The notes below the pieces were generated by a model. That model was not told the DNA's origin, made no database searches, and saw nothing but the letters and a program-made list of their open reading frames with translations. Made by a program: the position numbers and the translations under genes. A stretch of 64,000 nucleotides of DNA from Octopus sinensis (taxonomy: Eukaryota), in contig NC_043012.1 in the NCBI RefSeq assembly GCF_006345805.1, positions 32,240,001-32,304,000 of the forward strand. The letters are read 5' to 3'. Numbering within the stretch: the first letter of the stretch is position 1; the number at the start of each line of letters is the position of its first letter. Below are positions 1 through 13,364 of the stretch, piece by piece.

Positions 1-497
1 TATCTTTCAAACATTGGGCCTCATGGGAGCAACGATTAATGACTGAGACCTTAGGCAATATGCCATGCTTGAGAAGACCTGTCAAGCCAAGGGAAATCGT
101 AGTCGGGGCCATTGTCAGTGTCTTTTGGGCGTTGGGCCTCATGGAGGTAATGTGGCCAATGCCAGTGTCATGTAACTAGCACCCATGCTGGGGGTACATA
201 AAAGGTACCTTTCAAGGACTGAGCCTTACAGAAGCAGTGACAAATGACCAAGACCTTTGGCAATATGCTGGGCTTGAGAAGAAGACCCATCAAACCAAGT
301 GAAATCGTAATCATGACTGATACAGGTTTCACACAACTAGCATGCAAAAGCACCCATTACACTCTGAGTGGTTGGCATTAGGAAGGGCATCCAGCTGGAG
401 AAACCCTGACTGGAGTCTGGTGCAGCCCCTCAGCTTAGCAGCTCTGGTCAAACCATCCAAACCGTACCAGCATGGACAATGGATGCTAAATGATGAT
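1..497 (+). mobile_element. RTE-LINE 3'-tail-derived repeat, degraded, with upstream repeat modules
   Basis: 341-497 matches the tail ...GTGGTTGGCATTAGGAAGGGCATCCAGCTG...CATGGA...(ATG)n that ends the RTE at 58331. Confidence 0.7.
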
Positions 498-551
498 ACA
501 TCTTTAATAATATCTCCCTTAGATCAGTATTAATTATTCCATAACTTATGT

Positions 552-633
552 CAGTGGTTCCCAACCTGGGGTTCATGGGCCCCTGGTGGTCCACAAAGGT
601 AGTGCTGGGGAGGGGGGGTGAACTAAATTCAAC

Positions 634-685
<52 letters not shown>

Positions 686-805
686 TACACACACACACAT
701 ACAAACATACATACACATACACACATAAGAATAAGCATATTAAAAGGGGACTGTGGGAAAACTCATTTATATAAAAGGGTTCACAACCACTATTGGGAAA
801 CATTG
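552..805. mobile_element. hAT-type MITE with internal (TA)n/(CA)n
   Basis: Ends CAGTGGTTCCCAA...TTGGGAAACATTG; 8-bp TSD ACTTATGT/ACCTATGT (1 mismatch). Confidence 0.75.
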
Positions 806-2056
806 ACCTATGTCTATTTTAGTTGGCTGTTAGCAGTTTACAATACTTATCTCTTTTTCATATTCCTTCTTTTCTCTGTTGACGGCATTTCTCTGTGGAT
901 ACAGATTATAATTCTATCTCTGCTACCTACCCTTCTTATTTGAACGTCAGTTCTTCTAATTCATTTCACTTCTTACATATTTCTTTCTAATCTTTTCTTC
1001 CACTATTTATAAACTTTTCTTCATACTCCATATTTAAACCCCCATACTTGCTGCATCATGTAGCCATCTTTCAATACAGTTGTAGATAAAGACAAATATA
1101 CTCTAAACGGTCTAGTCATAAACTGTAGCTATTATTTTGTTATTGACCTTTTCACCAGCTATGATAAAATCAATTAACAGAACCTATCACCTAATTTCAC
1201 AATGTTGTTACTACAATTTTAGTGGAGAGTACATAACTAATGAGATAACTTATCAATCATTAATGGGAGGAGAGGGTTTGAAAAAGTCATTAGTTATTCA
1301 GCTGCAAAAGTGGTTGTAGATTTGTTTTCTATATGCCTTAGTAAATTATTACTCAAGTTTGGAATATGGTATATAAAAGTGTATAATATGTTCAATGGAG
1401 TGGTCGTAGTAGTCTTAATATAATGATGTTTCTATAAGTCAGTAGTGCATTACGTAATATTCTTCAGCCGTAGATTTTGTTTATCAAGACAGATGTAAGG
1501 TCGGATGTTAAGTTTCATTGAGTGTGAAAGAGTCTGATGATATGCTTTTTACATAGGTGCAAAATATTCTATAGTTCATAAGGAGTGAAAGCTTTTCTAA
1601 AATTTTGTTATGTCTTAATAGTACAACCACTGGAAATCAATATAAACAGAAATATCCGGATGTTTGTTGTTGATTTTCACAGCAATTCTATTGGCAAAAA
1701 CCTATGTCACTGGGCAATTCTCCAAAAACATAATGATTTTCTTCTAGCATTGAAGAGAAACTACTATATAACATTATTCATATCACAGTGGTTAATATGC
1801 TTAAAAGTGAACAGTTTTTTTCCATTATTTTGAGACTTTTAACCAGCAAAAGAATTTTAAATAAAAATTTTAAAAAAAGAAAGCAATTTTTAACACATCT
1901 TTCTATTAAAGTTTGACAGCAATCAGTTTTCATAAATTATTAGATGCATTTTACTCGTTTTTTAATTTTCAACTAAACACTCAACCCAGACAAGTAGAAA
2001 TAGAACTAACTCACAAAATTATCCCCTTCAATACTGGTCAGTAAATTTGTTTTAAC

Positions 2057-2352
2057 ATGATCGTTACCAATGTCGAGCGTGATCGTTACCAACGTTGCTT
2101 CACTGGCACATGTAAAAAGATTTGAGCGAGGCTGTTGCCAGTACCGCCTGACTGGCCCCCGTGCCGGTGGCATTTAAAAGCACCCACTACACTCACGGAG
2201 TGGTTGGCATTAGAAAGGGCATCCAGCTGTAGAAACTCTGCTAGACCAAGATTGGAGCCTGGTGCAGCCATCTGGTTCGCCAGCCCTCAGTCAAAATCGT
2301 CCAACCCATGCTAGCATGGAAGGCGGACGTTAAACGATGATGGTGATGATGA
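2057..2352 (+). mobile_element. RTE 3'-tail repeat
   Basis: Highly similar to 61172-61463; (GAT)n tail. Confidence 0.8.
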
Positions 2353-2789
2353 CCGATTAGTTCATTGCCACTTGTCTAAATATCACAAATACTCAACTCT
2401 TGATTTGCTTTCATTATTGTCTTTTTCTATTTTTCCTTTTTAAATTTGAGCTCCCATGTTTTTATCCTTTTATAACTAAAAGAAAGATTCACAAAGTTCC
2501 TCATATTGCTCAGCTTATAAGAATGTGGTTAAAAACATGGTGACATCAGTTACTTGAATGAGATGTTCACTAATATCTTTAGGTCATTGTAACGTCATTT
2601 TGTATTCCACCATTCATGCTCACTTCATTTCATTCTAATCTTCACAAATTCTCTGCATTCAAGGCCCACATACTCAACCATGCAGCACTGCACTTCACAA
2701 AGAAGCATCATACAATCTTCTCTTCCCTTTAAGGGAGAAACCCTGTTTTTTGAGTGGGGTGGGATCTGTCTCTGTGTTTGCAGCAACAA

Positions 2790-3180
2790 CACCATCTCAG
2801 CTATAAGAACCGTACTCCATTGTGAACCTCCTTGAAGCTTTGTAGAGTAGCATTAATTGTCTAGGGCTAAAATATCTTCTGATCCTGAAGAGAAGGGCCC
2901 CCCACCCCAGGATAATGAGATCCAACAATCAGTAATTTTGTGGTCTCCTGGTTAAGGGAGGCAGTGTGATGATGTCTTGCTATTTAAAGAGACAAGATAG
3001 CCGTATTCCAATTGGAGGATTCTTTTAAGATTTCTGTTCATGAGTGTGTGTGTATGGCCATCTGGTGTCTAGATTGCACCTGGATAATGCATAGTTGGAG
3101 AATATTAAGAGAAATGAAGAATAGTACCACCTGTGCAAGAGTGGATGTTGTTGGATGTAGCAGAAGGAAGAAAGTAAGGA
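2790..3180 (-). mobile_element. Degraded LINE RT fragment related to 49660-50440
   Basis: Shares GTACTCCATTGTG and GGGCTAAAATATCTTCTG blocks with 50230-50300. Confidence 0.45.
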
Positions 3181-3269
3181 AACAAAACTGAATCCTGGAA
3201 TACACCAGAATCGATAGAGAGGCAGAAAGATCTCCAACACACTCAGCAGTTGTGCAATCATATAGGAAG

Positions 3270-4790
3270 CAGGGGTCACCAAACTTTTTTCATAACGGGC
3301 CAGATAAAGCTAAAAGAATGCCAAGCATGGGCCAGATAAATATTTTGTTCAATTCAGTACAATATAGAATAAGACAGTCATTCCATTTATTTATCAATAC
3401 ATAAAATACACAAAATAATAAAAACAATAAATATATTATAATAATACCAAAATATTACCAAGTTAGAATTTTTAGAAAAAGTGTGCACGTAGCTGAATTG
3501 CATAAAAAGTAAGCAGCACAAAAGTTAATGAGATTTGTGAAACAGGCGTTTTGCCTCCAAAATATCATCAACATTTGCTTTATGATTGCTGCAGCCAACC
3601 ATAAAAATTGCTTTCAAATGTTCATCTGTAAGCCTTGTTTGATGTATTGACTTCACACACTTCATTATGTTTGCTCACAAACATAAGTTGTTCCAAAAAC
3701 TGATGCCATATCTGAGGCAAATTCTGTCAATTTTGAAAACTCATCAGCAGGCAAGCAGAGATAAAATTCAATGAGTTTTCCTTCTCTGTGCTTCTCTTTC
3801 AACAAGGCATTAGCTTGCAAGTCAATAAGCTTCAGTTGTAGTTTAGTTGGCATGTTATCAAAATTACAGCCAAAGGGATTCTCAAACAAAAGAATTTCAT
3901 TCTCAATTCTGTCAAAATCTGAAAGTCTTTGAGAAAAATGCTTACTTAAGCCCCAAATAATTTTTTCTGAAACACGAGGTTAACATGTTCCACATTTTCT
4001 GTGCAAAACTCTTGAAAACACTGAAAATGAGGGAAGTTTCCTCCTTCAAGTTGTGCTTCAAACAATGATAGCTTTCTCTGAAATGCTGGTTTTATTGTGT
4101 AGAGATCACAGACAAGGTTATTCTTTCCTTGCAGTTTTAAATTCAATTCATTCAATTAAAAATGACAACTTTGATAACCACGAAGGATCTGACAGCTATG
4201 GATCAGCTCTATTTTTTTTCAGTAAGAAAAAGATCTATTCCTCTTTGGAGCATATAAAAATGAAACAGGACTTTACCGCACCTGAGCCATCTCACTTCTG
4301 TGTAGTAAGGCAAGTCACAGAAATTAGAATCCATTTCTTTAGGGAAAGCCTGAAACTGTTAGTAATTAAGCCCATGATTCCAAATGAAGTTCATCACAGT
4401 TGTAACCAGTTTTAGTACACAAGAAATATCTGTTTTCCACAGAGTGCTTGCTGATGTATAATGCAGTGTATAAACAGAGCTTTTGGAAGTTGAAGCTCCT
4501 CCAACTTGGTCTGGATCCGCCCTACCAAACCTTTCCCTACTCTTGCCATGTTTTTTTCTCCATCGACTGTAACACACCAAAGCTGATTCCACTGAAGGTT
4601 ATAGTTTTGCAAAGTTTTCTGCAACTCTATGAAAATATCTTCTCCAGTTGTTGTTCCATGTATACTGCAAATGGATGCCATTTCTCCTATAATCTCAAAG
4701 TTGCAATTGACACCACAAATGAACACAAGAAGTTGTGACGTACTAGAGAGATCAGCAGACTCATCCATTGCAAGAGAATACCACAAAAAT
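3270..4790 (-). pseudogene. hAT (Charlie/SPIN, GTF2IRD2-like) transposase relic with one TIR
   Basis: Frameshifted ORFs with YSLAMDESAD, TVDG, HCIIHQQALC, MNELNLKLQG, SVFGTTYVCEQ motifs; TIR CAGGGGTCACCAAAC at 3270. Confidence 0.9.
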
Positions 4791-4849
4791 TTCTTTAAAA
4801 TTTCTATAAAATATTATAGTGAAGTCTCATTAACATGTTCACAACCCCT

Positions 4850-5224
4850 TATCAACCAAGTTGTTACCAGCAGAGGATAGGGATCCCTCAACTTTTTCAA
4901 GCGCATTCTTACCCTGGCTATTATGCTTTCAGAGCACCTCTCCCATTGCTAATTTAGTCACCTAGGTAACAGAAATTATCTACTGCTTCTCTGGAACCAC
5001 CAGAGCATTTGTAAGGACCTATTTTCCACGTACTCTTTGTACTTGCTGCATATGATGTCTACCTTCTTTGTTAGATTGCCATTGATCCCTATTACACCAC
5101 TTATGCAGTCACTATTTACTCTGGAATTTCTACCTACTCCTTTCCTGCATACTAAGCAAGACCATACCCCTGATAGTAGCTGAGCCTTGCTTTTTTTTTT
5201 CCTACTTGCTAAAACTTTAGTCAT
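4850..5224 (-). mobile_element. RTE RT fragment (same family as 58331-61100)
   Basis: TKVL...WSCLVCRKGVGRNS matches the long RTE ORF. Confidence 0.8.
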
Positions 5225-5277
5225 AAAAATGGATATGTTCTCCTTTATCTAATGCAGTGTTCCTCAACCATTTTGGG

Positions 5278-5665
5278 GCTGGATACAGCTGGTTCAAATG
5301 CTATATGTTCCATTAGATCATTGGTTCTCGACTGGGGTCCATATGACCCTTTGATTTTGTAGCTAAAATTTATGTGCAATAAACTGTTTATACCCCTCCT
5401 CCCTTTGATTCCTATTTTACTTGATTGGACCCTCCTAAGCATTCAATGTTTCAAAGAATTCTACAATATTTTCATAAAATATTATGAGGAATTGTATAAA
5501 AAAAAATTGTTAAAATATTTTGTGTACTGTAGGAGTATAACCAGTTTATTGCACATAGATTTTATCTACAAAATCATATGTGGATCCCCCAAATGGCCAC
5601 ATGGACCCCAGTTGAGAACCACTGATCTAATGGAACATGTAGCATTTGAACCAGCCGTATCCAGC
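5278..5665. mobile_element. Fold-back hAT-like MITE
   Basis: About 68-bp imperfect inverted arms containing CA(T/G)TGGTTCTC.ACTGGGGTCC, plus an inner inverted repeat. Confidence 0.6.
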
Positions 5666-5749
5666 TTTAATATTTTACATGTTCACTGTTCAAACCAGCT
5701 AGATCTGACCTCTCACACCTATGCTACTGACATAAGGACACACACAGAT

Positions 5750-5905
5750 AGATACATATATATGACGAGCTTCTTCCAGTTTCCATCTACCAAATTCGCT
5801 CACAAGGCTTTGGTCAGCCCAAGGCTATAGTAGAAGACACTTGCCCAAGGTGCCATGAAGTGGGACTGAACCCGGAACCATGTGATTGGGAAGCAAACTT
5901 CTCAC
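5750..5905 (-). mobile_element. tRNA-derived SINE family B (CORE-like), partial
   Basis: CACTTGCCCAAGGTGCCA...GGGACTGAACCCGGAACCATGTG shared with 31270-31426. Confidence 0.75.
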
Positions 5906-6523
5906 CTCCGATATTTTGCCACTACAAAGCAGTCTTTGTTCATTTCTTTTAACTCTTTCTAAAACTGGGAACTGAACTTAGCTTGCTGCAAGCTATTTTA
6001 CTCTACAGCCATTCCCAACATGAATGCTATCATCATTAGATGATATAAAAAATTTGCAAATCTTTATCTGTTCCTCCCTTGTTACATTTTTATCACATTC
6101 CTCATTTATTTTTGCGTAGTTTGTATGATGTATATTTTATATATTTTTCGCAAGACAATGTTTGTTAGATTGTCTTGTTGCTCTCTTAATGTTGTGAAAC
6201 TTGTTTTATTCAGTATTACCCAAAGCAATATCAGCACCTTATTATTTTTAGTTGGTTATTGCAAGTTATACATAAGACTTTGTTAAACAAAAGCAATTGT
6301 TTTTTATCCCTTATGCAATTGGTAAAATTTCAATATTTAAGATTTCCTTAGAATTACATATTTAGTAAGTACTGTGCTTCAGCCTGGGCTTGTTATACTC
6401 TCTCTCTCTCTCTCTCTCTGTACACTTGATAATTCTAGTGATGGCCACTACAGTTAGACAAAGTGAACCGTATCCAAGTTCAACAGTCGCTGTTCCTCTG
6501 CTTTAATTTTCGTTGGTCTATAT

Positions 6524-6809
6524 CAGTGGTTCCCAAAGTGGGCAGTATTCTCCCCCTGGGGACAGTAGAAAGTTCCAAGGAGGTGTTGAAGAAAAGTGGG
6601 TGATTCATGTAAAAAGTAGAACGATAATGGGGCTACGATTCCTGTAAAAACAATAAAATAATGGGTTCATTAGGTTAAGTTTTATTTGTGAAATACAGTT
6701 TCTTTGAATTTGCTTCAGAAATAGGTCTGTGTTTATTTGGTGTGGGGGCACTAGGAATGTGGCCTGGATGTCAAGGGGATGGCAGCCTGATAAAGTTTGG
6801 GAACCACTG
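6524..6809. mobile_element. hAT-type MITE
   Basis: TIR CAGTGGTTCCCAAA/TTTGGGAACCACTG; perfect 8-bp TSD GTCTATAT. Confidence 0.9.
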
Positions 6810-6814
6810 GTCTA

Positions 6815-8300
6815 TATCCCAGTATTTGGAGCTAAGGAAGCTATTGACCTTAGGTATATGTGTTTGATGTTTGCCTTTTTCGAGGATGATGTTGTCAGTG
6901 TTCTGGAGTGTTGTAAATTATGTCCATTTATTTGGTATGGTTTTGCACGTAGTAACAAGTACTGTGGGGAACTTGCTAGGACAGGTATTGTTTGAAATAC
7001 AACATAGAAACTTATCATAGTATTTTTGCTTCATTCTGTAAGTAATCTAAGTGGGTGGTCTGCATAGAGTTTATACTAGTGCAAATTGTGTTTTTTGTAA
7101 TTTTATTGTTTGTTTATAGTAAGAGTGGTAAGCCAGGCAAGGCTAACAGAATCTTTGATTGATGAAATACATTGTTTGTATGGCACTATTGTTTCTTTCT
7201 GTTAACCATACATGGCATCTGTATAGTCTGCCCTCAATGTATATCATATGTTGTTGAGGACCGGACTGGGTGCTCTTTTCAAAGAATAGGATACGCTGGA
7301 GTACATTTCCAAAGATTGCGATGGGATACACTTTGTTTATTTGAAGCTACCAAAATTGAAGAAAATGAAATGTGAATCATGAAGGTTTGGGAGGAGTTTT
7401 AATGAGTGTTTGGAGATGGTAAAGTGAGCAGCAGATTTGGAGGCCTTCTCATCAAGAGTACTGACAATGAAGCCATATCCTTGTTGGAGTTGTGAATAAG
7501 AATATTCTACAAAGTTACATGCCCTTAACAGGGGATCAGAAGGTTCTACTACAGTTTGGGTAGTAGCAAATCTTGCTAACTTTTCTAAACCCAAACACTT
7601 CCTTCACTTCTCTAATGATAGTCTTATACATGTGTTAATGAGGAAAATCCTTCCAGTTGGTAATAATGGGTGACTTTTTCCAGTTATGGTAGGCAATGTT
7701 CTTTGCATGTATTTCTGCAACACATCCATGGTTAAATCACTTGGAACCTCAAGTTAAAGACTTTGGTTGTGTGAAAAATGTGATGGGAACAGGTATACAA
7801 ATTTTCTCGATGAGTTACCTGCCTCACTCTCCAGAAATAGTAGTCGCCTATCCACTTGAATACCACAGAAAGTAAGATTATGTTCATCATTCTGAGTCCT
7901 GGTGATTTGTGAAAGCATTAATTTTACCTGTATTAAGCTATTTAAGTACATTGGTTTAAGATGAAGATTAACAAACTCTCTTCTTTTCATCTTCATTTGG
8001 TCAGTACCAGGACCCAACTGTTAAACCATTTTTACCAATTACACAGATTATATCATTTCTCTACTGACATGCCTAACACATCTAATTGATAGATTAGATA
8101 TGTCAGCAGCCAGCTTGAGAGGGTATGCCTGGTTGAAATGAAGGAGTGAAATGTAATCCTCAGAAGCTGTGTGGCAAGTAACCTATTGAGAAAGACAATT
8201 ACTCCAGGTGGGTACCGGTGCAGGTCGAAGGGGGTGATTTGGTCCTCCCTGGTGCTGTTGGAGCAGTAAAATACACTCGGTCTGCACTGGAGGATAGTAC
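6815..8300 (-). pseudogene. Unidentified decayed coding sequence, possibly a retroelement ORF
   Basis: ORFs 7754-8017 and 7337-7594 share one frame, broken by single stops; further same-strand ORFs flank them. Confidence 0.35.
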
Positions 8301-9134
8301 CAACATTGGTCAGTTTTTCTTTTCTTTGTACAAGTTGACATGGACCATTCAGTAGAGTGGAGCAGGCATGAAATGAGGACAATGATGATAATGCATAGAA
8401 AAGTGTGTATGTGCATGTACACACAGAGAAGGGAAACTTAGAAACTGCTGGCCAGCAAATCTAAATGGAATTCTTTTTGGAGGAAAGTATATACTGAGAA
8501 AGCCATAGTGAAGGTGACCCTTCAGAATTGCAATAACTCAGAATAAAAAAAGTAACTTGGCATAAAGAGTCTGCTTTAGTTTTGACAACCTCTCTAGTGC
8601 TAGTGGCACAATAATAAAATACACTCAGGCCATACTATAAAGCGGTTAATAATGGACAGAGCATTCAGACAATATAACTGTCAAAATAACTAGTCACAAA
8701 TACTATGACTAAAATAGTTTTGAAGACAAAAAAGATTATTGAAGTTCTTTAATGAGTAGAAGGAATCCTTTTAGATTACTCTCTCAATTGTTAGAAGTCA
8801 ATAAATGATGTACAGATATTATGACTGGAATACAAGATTCTTTCTCCTACTTTATCACTAACGTGATCAATCAGAAAGTAATTACTTCTGGATATTTGCC
8901 TTATATATATGGCTTCTACAGATATAAAGTCCCTTAAAGACCTGTTGAAGCAAATTAGCACTTATATTGCCCAACCCTGCCAGTATGGAACATGAACATT
9001 AAATGATAATAATTGTATTAATTAATATGCCACAGAGTTGTTCACTTTAATTTTTTTTTTTTTTAAACTTAAATTTCATATTGATCAAAATGAATATGTT
9101 TTGACAATGTTTAAATCAGTGTTAAAGTTGTGTT

Positions 9135-9364
9135 AAAGAGGCGGTGAGCTGGCAGAAACGTTAGCATGCTGGGCGACATGCGTAGCCGTATTTCGTCTGC
9201 CGCTACGTTCTGAGTTCAAATTCCACCGAGGTCGACTTTGCCTTTCATCATTTGATGAAATTAAGTACCAGTTATGCACTGGGGTTGATATAATCGACTT
9301 AATCCCTTTGTCTGTCCTTGTTTGTCCCCTCTATATTTAGCCCCTTGTGGGCAATAAAGAAATA
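9135..9364 (+). mobile_element. tRNA-derived SINE family A, full length
   Basis: GGCGGTGAGCTGGCAGAA head, GAGTTCAAATTCC B-box, GCCTTTCATC core; 17-bp TSD AGTGTTAAAGTTGTGTT. Confidence 0.9.
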
Positions 9365-11021
9365 AGTGTTAAAGTTGTGTTCACCTACTTACATCTAGCA
9401 CATGACTACAATGAGTTTTCCTTTTCTCATATACGCTGAGGTCTCTGTCTGTCTTCAGTGACCATAGGTGATGGTCTTAGTTGTCCACCTTACAGGGACA
9501 GCATTATCTGTAGCTGGACAGTCCAATGCTTGAATGGCCTCCTCCACACAAGCCACACCTGATTACTGTCCTAATACTGTTTGTGTTGTAATTGTATTGT
9601 TCTCCATATCATCAATGTTGTAGTCACTAATGGATCCAAAAGAACAGCACAGCCATTATAGTTTGGCTCTAGCGTCATCACAGAACTTGCCAAAAAGAGA
9701 TTGTAGACAACCTTGAACTGCATTAGGGGCTAGCTCCGACTCCCAATTTTTCCCTTAAGGTTTACTCCCAAAACCATTTTATGGCTGTGTATGGTCACAA
9801 AGCAGTGGGGGTTTGGAGTCAGAGTTTTCCTTCCCCTAGATGTGGTGCCTCCCCAGGTTAATTAGCTCCATCTGCTTGACTGACTTGTTAATTAACCTTT
9901 AGCTGGAACCCTGACAGGTCAAAGTAGCCCTCGGAACAACAGTGGTTAAGAAATGGTTTCATAATCCTCAAAACCTTGAAATTCTTGAACCAATTCCTCG
10001 CTAATGGATGCAGTTTGGAGAGTTAGAAACACCACAATTATACATTTCCTTTACATTTGTAAACTGGTAGATTTATGTCTAATTAAATCTTAAATTATTT
10101 TAAATACAAGCACAAAATTTATTCTTGGCTACCCTCAAAATAATTTACGAAATAGCTGTCTTTAAAAATAAACCTAATCTTAAGTGATTAAATTCTATCA
10201 ACTCAAGATTCTAGCTTATGAAATGCTTGCTATTGTTTAATTGAAATATCTAGGAGTAAATATCTGCTTGATTTTTCTATTTCTCTCTCTCTCTCTCTTT
10301 CTCTCTCTGCCTCTCTCTCTCCCTCAGTCTCTTCATCCAGTTCTACCTCAGTTGGTTCGTATATTTTTGATTCTTTCCAATTATGGTAGCACCTCTCCTT
10401 TTTGATTTGGGTAGAGCCAATTCTCACTAGCCACAAGCATTTCTACTAAACATTCAGAAACTTAGTATTTTCATTCTTTCATTTGTCTTCTTTCTTTCCT
10501 CTCACTCCTTTCTGCCTCGTCTGGAAGAACGACAGCTTGTTGCTGGTGCACTAGAATGTTTAACAAAATTAGTAATCTTCCATTGTAACCGACTGCAAAT
10601 CATGTTCTTCTTGAGTTGCATTTATGTCTTTGAAAATGTAGTCACACAAGAATTATCCTCCAATGTTATATACATTTGCTTTAAAGCTATTTTATTCTCC
10701 TTCAATCCTATCCTGCCCACCCTCCCACTCCTGATTAAAGAAACAACACCAATAAAATTACAATGGTTTTAAACAAAACTCCCAAAGTAATGATATGCAA
10801 TTTCCTAGATGCTTTCACACTCCACTTCACTCACTGCTCATCAGGCAGTATTTCCAGCTGCTACTGCAATGTTATGAACAGCCTTGTAAATGAAATCTTT
10901 GTAATTTGAAATTAATCAATTAGACTTTTTTTTTTTTTTTTTTTCCACTCTGATATTTTGGGTTCTTGGTTCAGAGTTAGAATGTGATGGTTGTGTATTT
11001 ATTCTTCTATTTTTTTATTTT

Positions 11022-11228
11022 TTTACTTGTTTCAGTCATTAGACTGCGGCCATGCTGGGGTACCGCCTTGGAGAATTTTTTTTAGGGAATGAATTGACCC
11101 CAGTGCTTTTTTTTAAGCCTGGTACTTAATTTTATCAGGCTACCTTGCCAAACTAAGTTACAGGTCATAAACACACCAGCATCGGTTGTCAAGCGGTGGC
11201 AGGGTACAAAAACAGGCACACACACACA
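11022..11228 (-). mobile_element. SINE family B 3' part
   Basis: TTTACTTGTTTCAGTCAT...GCGGCCATGCTGG tail as at 30975 and 42868. Confidence 0.7.
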
Positions 11229-11229
11229 C

Positions 11230-11679
11230 CCTACCCTAACAAACCAATCTACATCTTTTCTCTTCCTTACATTTCCCCTTTTCCATGCACTGTGCTTATG
11301 CGTCTCTTGCTCTTCAGTCCTGTCACTGTCCCCTACTCACTGCATCATTGCTATCTTGTGGTCCCCACCCCCCACCTCCTCTATATGCCCATGATTCATC
11401 AATCACTGCATTCCTCACCACTTTGCTCTTTGCATTCATGTGGAAGTCACTGCTCCTTTCTCATACACCCTTGGCAATACTCTACCACCCCAGTTATATT
11501 CCGATTGCCTGTACCTTGAGGGTACATCCTATCACCTTGCTACCATCTGTCTCTCTCTCTTTCTCTCTCTGCTCTACCATTCTATTTATATTCTGATCCC
11601 CATACCTTGGGAGTGTGTCTTGGCACATCACCACCATATCTCCTAAACTCTCACTCTTTTCCATGCTCATTTTTGATCA

Positions 11680-11710
<31 letters not shown>

Positions 11711-11830
11711 GCTCTCTCCCTCTGACTGGGTAACCATGTATCTCCTCAAACAGCAAGGCACCTGTTTCTATTCCTTTGTGATAGTCTTACCTCCCATCAC
11801 CTGGCAGAAGATCATCTCCTTCATTGCCCC
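11230..11830. repeat. Unclassified interspersed repeat (inverted copy at 44917-45430)
   Basis: Pyrimidine-rich block similar to the reverse complement of 44917-45430. Confidence 0.5.
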
Positions 11831-12860
11831 ACAATCTCAAAGGGTCTTTGTTTTTGTAGGTTTCTTGGTGACCCTGCCAGTACTGGTACATCCAGTCCAC
11901 ACTGTAAAGGTGTTTGAAGGGAATCCAGTTGTAAGAACCATTCTTAAACAGGCTTCACTGGTGCTGGTGCCACTTAAAAAAACATTGTCCACTCTGCAAG
12001 CTGGCTGGTGTAAGGAAAGGCATCCAGCCATATAAACCCTGTCAGAACAGACAGCAAAGCCCTTGCAGTCTTCTACCTAGCCAGCCCCTGTCAAACCATC
12101 CAACCTATGCCAACACGGATAACGGATATTAAATGAGATATATATATATATAATCATCTTCATCATTTAAGGTCCACCTTCCATGCTAGCGTGGATGGGG
12201 ACTTCTACCAAATCCACTCACAAGGCTTTGGTCAGCCCAAACTATAGTAGAAGACACTTGCCCAAGGTGCTGCACAGTTGGACTGAACCTAGAACCATGT
12301 GGTTGGGAAGGAAATAATTTCTTAGTGGTTATTTTAACCATTAAAGTTTTTTTTTTTAACTGTAGCCAGAATAATTGCACATCATCTACTTACTGTGTAT
12401 AGTGGCACTATTTAAAATAGCTGATTCTGTTGACCCGGTCGGGTGACAGTCAATCAGCCTCATAATTTAATTTTCACTACTAATCACTTCAATTTTCTTT
12501 AAATGCACCTTGTAATATTATATACTGTCACATAAACAGATCAGTAGGTAAATGAGTAGTATTTCACAGTAAATATTATTTAAATTTTGGTTTTCTATTT
12601 GCATGCCTTTCGAAAGATGGTCAAGCTGATATGTCACTATACAACTTTTACTTTGTCACTATACAACTATAGGCTCATAATCATGCGGCTGTAAGTTTGA
12701 TTCTCTGACCAGGCTTCATGTTGGGTTCATGATAACACGATTCTTAGAGGATTTCATGTTGTTCCAGTTCATTCAGATGTAGAAATGAGTTGCAACATCA
12801 CTGGTGCCAAGCTGATAGAGACTGACATGTAATGGATTGTGTCAAAGCAGGAATGCAACA

Positions 12861-13192
12861 GTTATTTTGATACCTCATACAATAAAGAAAATTCTAGAAA
12901 TTTTTTCAATAGGCAACATGATTCTTAAATGTCAGCCATGGCGCTATACACACATTTTTATATAAAGTCACCTGACAAAAAGGTTCGACTAGGAAGTAAA
13001 AGTTGTATAGTGACATAAATTACTAGCTATTAATTTATGTCACTATACAACTTTTACTTCCTAGTCGAACCGTTTTGTCAGGTGACTTTATATAAAAATG
13101 TGTGTATAGCGCCATGGCTGACATTTAAGAATCATGTTGCCTATTGAAAAAATTTCTAGAATTTTCTTTATTGTATGAGGTATCAAAATAAC
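12861..13192. repeat. 332-bp near-perfect palindrome
   Basis: Arms 12861-13026 and 13027-13192 are reverse complements centred on AGCT, about 2 mismatches. Confidence 0.95.
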
Positions 13193-13364
13193 ACCGTGTT
13201 TCGTGGTCTGCTACCACAACAGCTCCTTTATAGGATCCAGTTAGCTCAAGACATCATCAGGAGGAACCCCGGGGCCAAAACCTGATGTGGTTCCTCCTGA
13301 TGATGTCTTGAGCTAACTGGATCCTATAAAGGAGCTGTTGTGGTAGCAGACCATGAAACATGGT
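13193..13364. repeat. 76-bp-arm hairpin of Penelope-like terminal-repeat sequence with a hammerhead-like core
   Basis: Arms 13193-13268 and 13289-13364; same sequence at about 41276-41351; CTGATGA at 13297 and GAAAC at 13355. Confidence 0.85.

Noticed and set aside
548-943. 131-aa ORF and similar IYIY/HTHT/LSLS ORFs (e.g. 31146, 44917, 46961, 55118)
   Set aside because: Open only because they cross microsatellites and repeats
1428-1467. Minus-strand CTGAAGA...GAAAC
   Set aside because: Weak stem II and no stem III or cleavage triplet
7800-7900. LTFCGIQVD as a telomerase-like RT motif E
   Set aside because: No upstream catalytic aspartate motifs; match too short
9140-9230. tRNA-like heads of SINEs
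   Set aside because: No complete cloverleaf; they continue into SINE bodies with TSDs
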